A stretch of DNA of 49,646 nucleotides. Origin: an uncultured Ramlibacter sp. (GTDB lineage: Bacteria; Pseudomonadota; Gammaproteobacteria; Burkholderiales; Burkholderiaceae_C). Below are positions 1-7,703 of this stretch, piece by piece. The DNA lies in assembly GCA_964620375.1 (NCBI GenBank), contig CAZUKC010000001.1, forward strand, positions 1 to 49,646. The letters are read 5' to 3'. Below the pieces are notes generated by a model. It was not told the origin of the DNA. It did no database searches and saw only the letters and a program-made list of their open reading frames with translations. The translations under genes were made by a program, and so were the position numbers. Each line of letters starts with the position of its first letter. Within the stretch, counting starts at the first letter, position 1.

Positions 1-505
1 TGTCGATCTGGCCTTCGTGGGGCAGCAGCCAGGCATGCGGCGCGCCGCGGAGGTCCGGCTCAAGGTCGGCCAGCGGCGATGCCGCGAGCGCTTGGGGCGC
101 GTGTTCCGCGGGTGCCTTGGCCCTCACCAGATCGACCACGCGGCTGGCAGAGCCCTCGTCGCCGCGATGCGCCAACAACAGCGAGCCGCGCTGATTGAGG
201 TCCACGGGCTGGGGCAGGCCCGCCAGGACCTGCGGCCACAGGACGAGCGAGCGCAGGCCCATAGCGAAGACATGATCGTCGGCTGATTCCAGTTCGGCCA
301 CTGGCGAGAGCATGCCCGCCGCCGTCCAGCCCGCGGCCCCACGGGCACCTACATCGGTTGCAGGATCGAAAACCTGCACGGCATGGCCGGCCCGGGCCAG
401 CTGCAAGGCCAGCAAGCGCCCGAGCAAGCCCGCCCCCGCGATAGCGATGCGCAGGCGGGCGCCACCGCGTGCGGGTGCGCGAGTCGGGAAAGAAGTGAGG
501 TCCAT
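1..505 (-). CDS. thiO: Glycine oxidase ThiO (FAD-dependent), 3' end truncated by window edge
   Basis: Not in the ORF track. Manual translation of the minus strand from ATG 505 gives MDLTSFPTRAPARGGARLRIAIAGAGLLGRLLALQLARAGHAVQVFD...GAAGWTAAGMLSPVAELE, with a GxGxxG FAD motif and the ThiO-type AAGML motif. It lies downstream of a TPP riboswitch. An alternative in-frame ATG is at 544. Confidence 0.88.
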   Translation of the reverse strand, partial: MDLTSFPTRAPARGGARLRIAIAGAGLLGRLLALQLARAGHAVQVFDPATDVGARGAAGWTAAGMLSPVAELESADDHVFAMGLRSLVLWPQVLAGLPQPVDLNQRGSLLLAHRGDEGSASRVVDLVRAKAPAEHAPQALAASPLADLEPDLRGAPHAWLLPHEGQID

Positions 506-582
506 CCTGCGGAGTCGTCCGTGTGAGTCGCCCTTGCCTGTCATGTCTGGCAGCGCCGGGGAGGGATGGGACGGGGTGTCGG

Positions 583-672
583 CTCTCCTTCCGCCGGTGC
601 GAACCGGTTCAAGTTCACGGGTTTGGCTTGGCCATCTCAGCGACCGGCTTGACGCCGTCCGCACCCCGGAGC
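583..672 (-). ncRNA. TPP riboswitch (THI element) upstream of thiO
   Basis: The reverse complement reads GCTCCGGGGTGC...CGCTGAGA...AAACCCGTGAACTTGAACCGGTTCGCACCGGCGGAAGGAGAG, containing all hallmark TPP aptamer segments (GGGGTGC, CTGAGA, ACCC, GAACTTGA, GCGGAAGG). Confidence 0.93.
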
Positions 673-679
673 AGGGTCG

Positions 680-722
680 ATTCTAGGCCCAGGGCCCGCC
701 ACCTGGCAGCGCGTGCGACAAT
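680..722. promoter_or_regulatory. Overlapping divergent promoters: -10 TAGAAT (685-680, minus) and extended -10 TGnGACAAT (714-722, plus)
   Basis: Each -10-like hexamer lies 6-7 nt upstream of the 5' end of its riboswitch aptamer. Confidence 0.55.
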
Positions 723-728
723 CGCCCT

Positions 729-805
729 CGCTCCGGGGTGCACGCCTAGCGTGCTGAGATGCAGACCCGCGAACTTGATCCGGTTCATGCCGGCGTAAGA
801 AGAGC
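729..805 (+). ncRNA. TPP riboswitch upstream of the thiD-luxE-luxC-ABC-SDR-thiE operon
   Basis: GCTCCGGGGTGCACGCCTAGCGTGCTGAGATGCAGACCCGCGAACTTGATCCGGTTCATGCCGGCGTAAGAAGAGC matches the TPP aptamer consensus. Confidence 0.95.
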
Positions 806-842
806 CCTCCCGCCAGGTCGCGACAGCGGCCCCTGCGGGTCC

Positions 843-891
843 CTCCTTCGGAGCAGCGCGTTCATGGCTTGCTTCATGACTTTCGAAGGAG
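843..891 (+). promoter_or_regulatory. Shine-Dalgarno-sequestering hairpin (riboswitch expression platform)
   Basis: CTCCTTCG (843-850) is the exact reverse complement of CGAAGGAG (884-891), which contains the SD 5 nt before GTG 897. Confidence 0.7.
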
Positions 892-896
892 TTGCA

Positions 897-1787
897 GTGA
901 CCCCGTCCCCTCATGCCCCAGGCCCTGCGGCCGACGCGAGCAGCGCGCTGATCGCTCGGACGCAGCGCTACCCGCGCGTGCTGTCCATCGCAGGATCTGA
1001 CAGCGGTGGCGGGGCTGGCATCCAGGCGGATCTCAAGACCTTCGCGGCGCTCGGCTGCTTCGGCATGACTGCCATCACCGCTCTCACCGCGCAAAACACG
1101 GTGGGCGTACGCGCCATCCACGCGGTGCCATTGGAGATGCTGCACGCGCAGATCGACGCGGTGGTCGAGGACATCGGCGTGGACGCGGTGAAGGTGGGCA
1201 TGCTGCACTCGGCTGCCACCGTTCAGGCCGTAGCTGCGGCCCTGGACCGCCACGGCCTGCAGCGCGTGGTGCTGGACCCGGTGATGGTGGCCACCAGCGG
1301 CGCCACCCTGATCGACCGCGAAGCCATCGAGGTGCTGGTGGCGCAGATGTTCCCGCGCGCCGCGCTGGTCACCCCCAACCTGGACGAGGCAGCCCTGCTC
1401 GTCGGCCGACCGCTGGCGACCGAGGCCGACCTTGAGGCCGCGGCCCGTGAGCTGATCGCGCGCGGCGCACGTGCCGTGCTGCTCAAGGGCGGTCACCTGG
1501 TGGGCGACACGGTGAGTGACCTGCTGCTGGCGCGCGACGCGGCACCCGTCTGGCTGCGTGGTCCGCGTATCGCCAGCGCGAATACGCACGGCACCGGGTG
1601 CACGCTGTCCAGCGCGATCGCGGCGCACCTGGCGCAAGGCGCCTCGCTGCCCGATGCGGTACGCGGTGCGCGCGATTACGTGCGGGGGGCCCTGCACGCA
1701 GGGGCGCCTGTTCGCACCGGCGCAGGCAGCGGTCCGCTCAATCACGCCTGGCAGCCCGAGGCGATGCACACGGTACCCCTGACATGA
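897..1787 (+). CDS. thiD: Hydroxymethylpyrimidine/phosphomethylpyrimidine kinase
   Basis: Motifs [37 protein letters not shown] and [15 protein letters not shown]. Start moved to GTG 897, which follows SD GAAGGAG; the ORF-track start at 759 lies inside the riboswitch. Confidence 0.96.
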   Translation: MTPSPHAPGPAADASSALIARTQRYPRVLSIAGSDSGGGAGIQADLKTFAALGCFGMTAITALTAQNTVGVRAIHAVPLEMLHAQIDAVVEDIGVDAVKVGMLHSAATVQAVAAALDRHGLQRVVLDPVMVATSGATLIDREAIEVLVAQMFPRAALVTPNLDEAALLVGRPLATEADLEAAARELIARGARAVLLKGGHLVGDTVSDLLLARDAAPVWLRGPRIASANTHGTGCTLSSAIAAHLAQGASLPDAVRGARDYVRGALHAGAPVRTGAGSGPLNHAWQPEAMHTVPLT

Positions 1788-2887
1788 GCGCCTGGACGAT
1801 CGAGGGCCTGTCACCCGCGACGCGGGCGCTGGTGCCCGAGCTCCTGGACTTTCTGGCGCAGGACGGCTGCGACGACGCAGCCTTCGACGCAATGGCGCTG
1901 CGGCTGTTCGCGCACCAGTATGCGCACAACGAGCCCTTGCAGCGCTTCTGCCAACGCCGAGGCCTGACGCCGCGGCGGGTCGCCTCCTGGCGCGACATTC
2001 CGGCAGTGCCGATCAACGCCTTCAAGGAAACCACCCTGAGCTGCGAGCCGGTGAACGCCTGCGAGCGGGTCTTCATGACCAGCGGCACCACCCGCGCCGA
2101 GCTCAAGGGCCGCCATCACCATCCGACGATCGGTGTTTGGGACCTGTCGATGCGGCGCAACTTCGAGGCGCGCTTCATGCGCGGCAGCCCTCGCCTGCCC
2201 ATGGCCATCCTGTTTCCGCCCGAAACTGAATTGCGCAACTCCTCGCTGGCGCGCTACCTGGCCCAGGCGGTGCGCGAGTTCGGTACCTCGGACAGCGCCT
2301 GCTACCTCACGTCGGCGGGCATGGACCTGCCGGGCCTGCGCGCCCGACTGCGCGAGGCCCAGCGCAGCGGCCAGCCGCTGGCGGTGCTCGGGGCGAGCTA
2401 TGGCTTCGTGCACTTACTCGATGCAATGGCGCAGGACGGCGAAAGCGTGGGCCTGCCCGCGGGCAGCCGTATCCTGGACACCGGTGGCTACAAGCGGCAG
2501 TCCCGCGAGTTGGCGCCCGAGGACTTCTACACCGAGCTCTCGTCCCGCCTGGGCGTGCCGCGCGCGCAGTGCATCAACATGTACGGCATGACCGAGTTGA
2601 GCACCCAGTTCTACGACGAAGGCAATGCGGTCACGCCCGCCGTCAAACGCGGACCGCACTGGATCAAGAGCCGCGTGGTGGACCCGCTGACCGGACGCGA
2701 GATGCCACCGGGTGAAGCTGGCGTGCTGGTGCACTGCGACCTGGCCAGTTTCAATTCGACCACCACCATCCTGACCGAGGACATGGGCATCGCGGTCGAC
2801 GGCGGCTTCCTGCTGCTCGGACGCGCGCAGGGCGCGCAGGCCCGGGGCTGTTCCCTGGCGGTGGCGGAATTCCTGGGGACCGCATGA
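1784..2887 (+). CDS. LuxE-like acyl-protein synthetase (adenylate-forming)
   Basis: Adenylation motifs FMTSGTT and YGMTE, plus ILTEDMG...LLGR and a C-terminal RGCSL with the LuxE-type acyl-accepting Cys. ATGA overlap with the thiD stop. Confidence 0.85.
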   Translation: MSAWTIEGLSPATRALVPELLDFLAQDGCDDAAFDAMALRLFAHQYAHNEPLQRFCQRRGLTPRRVASWRDIPAVPINAFKETTLSCEPVNACERVFMTSGTTRAELKGRHHHPTIGVWDLSMRRNFEARFMRGSPRLPMAILFPPETELRNSSLARYLAQAVREFGTSDSACYLTSAGMDLPGLRARLREAQRSGQPLAVLGASYGFVHLLDAMAQDGESVGLPAGSRILDTGGYKRQSRELAPEDFYTELSSRLGVPRAQCINMYGMTELSTQFYDEGNAVTPAVKRGPHWIKSRVVDPLTGREMPPGEAGVLVHCDLASFNSTTTILTEDMGIAVDGGFLLLGRAQGAQARGCSLAVAEFLGTA

Positions 2888-4356
2888 GCGCTGCGCCCAC
2901 GATCTGGAAAGCGGGCCACCTGCCTGGCCTTTCCGACGACGAAGTCGAGTGGCACACGCTGCGCTTTGAGGCGGGGCCGGGTGAGCCGCTGGAGGTGGCG
3001 GTACCGGTACTGACACCGGTCCAGGCCCGGGCGCTGGCGCAGCGCGTGCGGCGATCAGCCCGCGCGGTGCTGCAGGCGATGCCCGTGTCGGCCGTCATCG
3101 AGCGTATAGACCAGGCGGTGGCGCACCTGCTGGATACGGATGATCCGCTGCGCCAGCAGGCCGACGCACTGCTGCCCCGCGTGACCGGCTACGACGCGAC
3201 GATGGTGCGCCTGGGCCTGACCCGCTACCTGCAGACCTTTCGAGCGCCGCAGCTACATCGCTTCGTCAGCGAAGATTTCTCCAACCCCAAGGTGCTGGAC
3301 GAATTCCAGCCTGCGCCCAAGGGCGGGATGGTGCGCGCCTTCGGTCCGGACCTGCTGGTGCACCACTGGGCCGGCAACGTGCCCGGCCTGCCGCTGTGGA
3401 GCCTCGCCTGTGGCCTGTTGGTGAAGGCGGGCAATATTGGCAAGCTGCCCAGCGCCGAGCCGGTCTTCGCCACGCTGTTCGCGCGCGCCCTGGCGCAGGT
3501 CGACCCTGCGTTGGCGGACTGCTTCGCGGTGGTCTGGTGGAAAGGGGGCCAAGCCGAGCCCGCCGCCACGCTGCATGCGCAGGCCGACACCGTGCTCGCC
3601 TACGGCGGTCAGGACACGGTGGACCAGATTCGCGCCCAGGTGCCCGCGACCGCGCGCTTCCTGGCCTATGGTCACAAGCTGGGCGTGGCCCTGGTGGGCC
3701 GCGCGGGGCTGGACACGCAGCGCGCACCCGTGATGGCGCGCCTGGCCGCCCAGGACGTGGCGCGCTTCGAGCAGCAAGGCTGCTACTCGCCGCACGTGTT
3801 TTATGTCGAGCGCGGCGCGCGCACGACCCCGCGCGAGTTCGCCCAGCACCTGGCGGGTGAACTCGCGGCGCTGGCCCAGCGCCATCCGCGTCCTGCCTTG
3901 ACCCTGGCCGACGCGGCCTCTGTGGCGCAATGGCGGCAGGCTGTGGAATGGCGCGAGCCGGCCCAGACCCTGCTCGGCGACGAGGCCTCGCCCTGGGCCG
4001 TCGCCTACAGCGAGCAGGCCCTGCCCCTGGCGCCCACCGCCGGCTGGCGCTGCGTGCAGGTGGTGGCGGTGGACAGTCTGGAGGACGTGGCCGACACGCT
4101 CGCACCCCACGCGGCCTATCTGCAGACCGCCGGCGTGGCCGTGGAGCCCGAACGCCTGTACCCGCTGTCGCTGCAGCTGGCCCGCGTGGGCATCACCCGG
4201 GTATGCGCCCTGGGCGCGATGACCTCGCCCGAGGCGGGCTGGCATCACGACGGCGGGTGCAACCTGCGCGATCTGGTGCGCCTGACCGAGATCGAGGCCT
4301 CGGCCGAACGCGCCGCCGACCGTCTGGCCCCCTACGCGCAGGAGGATGCGCCATGA
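2884..4356 (+). CDS. LuxC-like acyl-CoA/acyl-protein reductase
   Basis: HHWAGNVP, GNIGKLPSAEP, AYGG, YGHKLG, catalytic FEQQGCYSPH (LuxC DQxxCxS-like) and WHHDG. ATGA overlap with the upstream gene. Confidence 0.88.
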   Translation: MSAAPTIWKAGHLPGLSDDEVEWHTLRFEAGPGEPLEVAVPVLTPVQARALAQRVRRSARAVLQAMPVSAVIERIDQAVAHLLDTDDPLRQQADALLPRVTGYDATMVRLGLTRYLQTFRAPQLHRFVSEDFSNPKVLDEFQPAPKGGMVRAFGPDLLVHHWAGNVPGLPLWSLACGLLVKAGNIGKLPSAEPVFATLFARALAQVDPALADCFAVVWWKGGQAEPAATLHAQADTVLAYGGQDTVDQIRAQVPATARFLAYGHKLGVALVGRAGLDTQRAPVMARLAAQDVARFEQQGCYSPHVFYVERGARTTPREFAQHLAGELAALAQRHPRPALTLADAASVAQWRQAVEWREPAQTLLGDEASPWAVAYSEQALPLAPTAGWRCVQVVAVDSLEDVADTLAPHAAYLQTAGVAVEPERLYPLSLQLARVGITRVCALGAMTSPEAGWHHDGGCNLRDLVRLTEIEASAERAADRLAPYAQEDAP

Positions 4357-5135
4357 ATCCCGCGTCACCGTTCCTGGCGCTCGACGGTGTGGCCTTTGGC
4401 TTCGCCGGTGCGCCGCGCACGCTGGAGGGCATCGATCTGACGCTGGCGAGCGGCGAGGTTCACGGCATCCTGGGGCGCAGCGGCTGCGGCAAGACCACCC
4501 TGCTCAAACTGGCGGCGGGCCTGCTGGCGCCACAGGCAGGCCGCGTGACGGTCGGCGGGCGCAGCCCGCGCGCAGCGCGCGAGCGGATCGGGTTCATGTT
4601 CCAGCACCCGACGCTGTTGGAATGGCTGTCGGCCCTGGACAACGTGCTGCTGCCGGTATCCCTGCACCAACGCCCCAGCGAACCGCAGCGCGAACACGCT
4701 CGCCAACTGCTCGCGCAGCTGGGGCTGACCGGTCTGGAGCAGCGTCGACCCGGACAGCTTTCGGGTGGGCAGCAAAGCCGAGTGGCCCTGGCGCGGGCCC
4801 TGGTGCTGCAGCCCTCGCTGCTGCTGCTGGACGAACCTTTTGCGGCCCTGGACGCCCTGACACGCGAGACCTTGCAGCAGGACCTGCTGGCCCTGTGCGC
4901 GCAGCAAGGCACCACGGTCCTTTTCGTGACTCATGACATCGCCGAGGCGGTGTTCCTGGCCGACCGGGTCAGCGTGATGGACCGCGGTCGCATCGTCGGT
5001 GAGATCGCCGTCGACCTGCCCCGGCCGCGTGCCGCCGCCCTGCGGGCGCAGCCCGGGTACGCAGCCCAAAGCGCGCGGGTGCGGCAGGTCCTGGAGCACA
5101 CCCTGGAGCAACACGCCGGCGAGGTGGCCGCATGA
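4353..5135 (+). CDS. ABC transporter ATP-binding protein (NitT/TauT, ThiZ-like)
   Basis: Walker A GRSGCGKTT, LSGGQ signature, LLLLDEPF, VTHD. ATGA overlap. Confidence 0.93.
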   Translation: MNPASPFLALDGVAFGFAGAPRTLEGIDLTLASGEVHGILGRSGCGKTTLLKLAAGLLAPQAGRVTVGGRSPRAARERIGFMFQHPTLLEWLSALDNVLLPVSLHQRPSEPQREHARQLLAQLGLTGLEQRRPGQLSGGQQSRVALARALVLQPSLLLLDEPFAALDALTRETLQQDLLALCAQQGTTVLFVTHDIAEAVFLADRVSVMDRGRIVGEIAVDLPRPRAAALRAQPGYAAQSARVRQVLEHTLEQHAGEVAA

Positions 5136-5905
5136 CCCTGGCGCGCCGTCTGGCCTCCGTATTGCTGCTGCTCGCCCTGCTGGGCCTGTGGGAGTGGGCC
5201 GCCCGCCACCTGGGTCTGTCGGCCCTGGTGCTGCCCGCGCCTTCGCGCATTGCGCAGTCGCTGGCGCAGGGTCTGGCCAATGGCTACCTGTGGCCGCACC
5301 TGCAAGCCACCGCGCTCAAGCTCGCCCTGGGCATCGCCCTGGGCTGCGGCTTCGGCTTCGCTGTGGGTGTGGCCATGGCCGAATCGGTCTGGGTGCGCAC
5401 CCTCTTCATGCCCTATGTGGTGATCAGCCAGGTGGTGCCCAAGCTGGCGCTGATGCCGCTGTTCATCCTCTGGTTCGGGTTCGGCATGACGTCCACCGTC
5501 GTCATCACCGCGCTGGTGTGCTTCTTCCCCCTGCTGGAAACCACGCTGACCAGCCTGCAGCGGGTAGAACCGCAGCGCCTGGAGCTGTTTCGCATGCTCG
5601 GCGCGAGCCGTCTGCAGGTGCTGTGGCGACTGAAGCTGCCCACCGGCCTGCCCGGCATCCTGGCCGGTCTGCGGGTGGCGGTGATGCTGGGACTGGTGGG
5701 CGCGGTGGTGGGCGAGTTCATCGGCGCCAGCCAGGGGCTGGGCGCACTGGTGATCGCCACGCAAGGATCGATGGACACGCCGTTGATGTTCGCGGTGCTG
5801 GTGCTGATCTCGCTGCTGGGGCTCACGACCTACCAGCTGACGCTGTGGCTGGAGCGCTGGCTGCTGCGCCCCTACGCCGCGGACCTGCCCGCAGCCCCCC
5901 GATGA
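5132..5905 (+). CDS. ABC transporter permease (NitT/TauT, ThiX-like)
   Basis: Multiple TM helices, an EAA-like loop LFRMLGASRLQ and VVGEFIGASQGLG. ATGA overlap. Confidence 0.92.
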   Translation: MTLARRLASVLLLLALLGLWEWAARHLGLSALVLPAPSRIAQSLAQGLANGYLWPHLQATALKLALGIALGCGFGFAVGVAMAESVWVRTLFMPYVVISQVVPKLALMPLFILWFGFGMTSTVVITALVCFFPLLETTLTSLQRVEPQRLELFRMLGASRLQVLWRLKLPTGLPGILAGLRVAVMLGLVGAVVGEFIGASQGLGALVIATQGSMDTPLMFAVLVLISLLGLTTYQLTLWLERWLLRPYAADLPAAPR

Positions 5906-5927
5906 ACGACACGCACAGAACCCCTGC

Positions 5928-6917
5928 ATGACCCCGATCGACCGACGCACCCTGCTGGCCGCCGCTGGCGCGCTGGCCCTACCCGCCTACGCGCAGACCC
6001 CCGCACGCCTGGACCCGCTGGCCGTAGCCGGCTGGAACAAGCCCATCACCGAAGTCACGCCGCTGCTGGTGGACGAGGACAAGGGCTTCTACCGCGCCCA
6101 GCGCATCGACCTGCGCTATGTGCCCGGTGCGGGCGGTGGCGACGCGATCCGCAACATCCTCTCGGGCCAGGCCGACGTGGCCTTCACCGATCCGGGCTCG
6201 CTCTTCGCCGCCCTGGACAAGGGCGAGAAGCTGCGGGCCATCTACGACATCTACCCGCAGAACGTGTTCAACGTGGTGGCGCTCAAGTCCAGCGGCATCA
6301 CCCGCCCGCAGGACCTCAAGGGCAAGCGCGTGGGGGTGTACAGCCTCGCCAGCGGCACGCGGCAGAACCTGCTGGTGATGCTGCACCAGGCAGGCCTGTC
6401 CGAATCGGACGTGACCATCGTGGTGACAGGTCTGCTCAATTTTGCGCCCCTGATGCAGGGGCAGGTGGATGCCACCGCCGCCACCGACACTGGCCTGCTG
6501 GTGGGACGCAAGCGTGGCCTGCCCGAGGTGAATGTGATGGAGGTAAGCCGCTGGCTCAATGTCTCGAGCGATCTGTATGTGGTGCGCGAAGAGGTGTACC
6601 AGGGCAGGAAGGAGCTACTGCGCCGCTTCCTGCGTGCCTACCGCGACGCTGCGGCCTGGATGATCGCCAGCCCCGAGGAGGCCGCGCGCCTGGCCGTCAA
6701 GCGCGCCATCGACGGCAGTGATGCCGCGCTGAATCTCGAGGTGATCCGCCTGCGCAATGCCGCCACCGTCTCACCGCTGACGCAGCGCCTGGGTCTGGGC
6801 GCGATGGACCTGCCCTCGCTGCAGGCAGCGGCCGACGCCTACCGCAAGTTGGGGCTGATCGAGCGTCCGATCCGCATGGCCGACGTGGTGGCCAGCGACC
6901 TGCTGCCGGGGAAGTGA
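5928..6917 (+). CDS. ABC substrate-binding protein, NMT1/THI5/SsuA family (ThiY-like), Tat-type signal
   Basis: N-terminal DRRTLL twin-arginine signal ending AYA-Q; KGFYRAQ...PGAGG...SGQAD and DLKGKRVG are typical of the family. Confidence 0.85.
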   Translation: MTPIDRRTLLAAAGALALPAYAQTPARLDPLAVAGWNKPITEVTPLLVDEDKGFYRAQRIDLRYVPGAGGGDAIRNILSGQADVAFTDPGSLFAALDKGEKLRAIYDIYPQNVFNVVALKSSGITRPQDLKGKRVGVYSLASGTRQNLLVMLHQAGLSESDVTIVVTGLLNFAPLMQGQVDATAATDTGLLVGRKRGLPEVNVMEVSRWLNVSSDLYVVREEVYQGRKELLRRFLRAYRDAAAWMIASPEEAARLAVKRAIDGSDAALNLEVIRLRNAATVSPLTQRLGLGAMDLPSLQAAADAYRKLGLIERPIRMADVVASDLLPGK

Positions 6918-7687
6918 GCATGGATTTCAAGGGACAGGTGGTGCTGGTGACCGGCTCGGGCCGGGGTATTGGCGCGGCCCTCGCGAGGGCCTTCGCGGCG
7001 CACGGGGCCTCGGTGGCCGTGAACTACCTGCGTGACGCGGCGTCGGCCGAGGCCGTGGCGAAGGACTGCCGTGAAACCGGCGGCGACGCCCTGGCGCTGC
7101 AGGCCGACGTCAGCGACCCCGCTGCCGCTGCGCGCCTGGTGGACACCGTGGTCGCGGAGTTCGGGCGGCTGGACGTGGTGGTGAACAACGCCTTCGCGCC
7201 CTATGCCTTCGACCCCGAGCAGCGCCTGCGCTTTGGCGAGGTGGGCTGGGACGCCTACCGCGCGCAGTTCGAGGGCGCGGTGGGCGCTGCCCACCACGTG
7301 AGCCGTGCCGCCCTGCCCCACCTGTCACGCCATGCGCGCGGCGCGATCGTGAACATCGCCAGCAACCTGGTCGACCACCCGGTGGTGCCGTACCACGACT
7401 ACGCCACCGCCAAGTCGGCGCTGGTGGGCTTTACCCGCCACCTGGCCGCCGAACTCGGACCGCAGGGCGTACGGGTGAACTGCGTGGCGCCAGGCCTGGT
7501 CTACCCCACGGCGGCCAGCGCCGGCACGCGCGCGAGCTTTCGTGACGCGATCGCAGCCGCCACGCCGCTGCGGCGCCTGGCCCGACCCGAAGACGTGGCC
7601 GGTCCCGTCCTGTTCTTGGCCAGCGCGCACAGCGTCTTCGTCACGGGCCAGGTGCTGTTCGTGGACGGTGGTCTGGTGATGCGTTAA
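6914..7687 (+). CDS. Short-chain dehydrogenase/reductase (FabG-like)
   Basis: TGSGRGIG, VNNA, catalytic YATAK and VNCVAPG. Start is GTG 6914 or ATG 6920. Confidence 0.92.
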   Translation: MSMDFKGQVVLVTGSGRGIGAALARAFAAHGASVAVNYLRDAASAEAVAKDCRETGGDALALQADVSDPAAAARLVDTVVAEFGRLDVVVNNAFAPYAFDPEQRLRFGEVGWDAYRAQFEGAVGAAHHVSRAALPHLSRHARGAIVNIASNLVDHPVVPYHDYATAKSALVGFTRHLAAELGPQGVRVNCVAPGLVYPTAASAGTRASFRDAIAAATPLRRLARPEDVAGPVLFLASAHSVFVTGQVLFVDGGLVMR

Positions 7688-7703
7688 CCAAGCGAAGCTG
7701 TCG

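Noticed and set aside
615-1892. Long antisense and alternate-frame ORFs across the window (e.g. 615-1892, 13898-15487, 27563-29629, 41282-43534, 43958-46324, 48559-49644)
   Set aside because: They are shadow ORFs expected in high-GC DNA, overlap well-supported genes and carry no recognisable motifs.
1784-4356. Bioluminescence (lux) operon
   Set aside because: Only luxE- and luxC-like genes are present. There is no luxA, luxB or luxD, and the context is thiamine metabolism.
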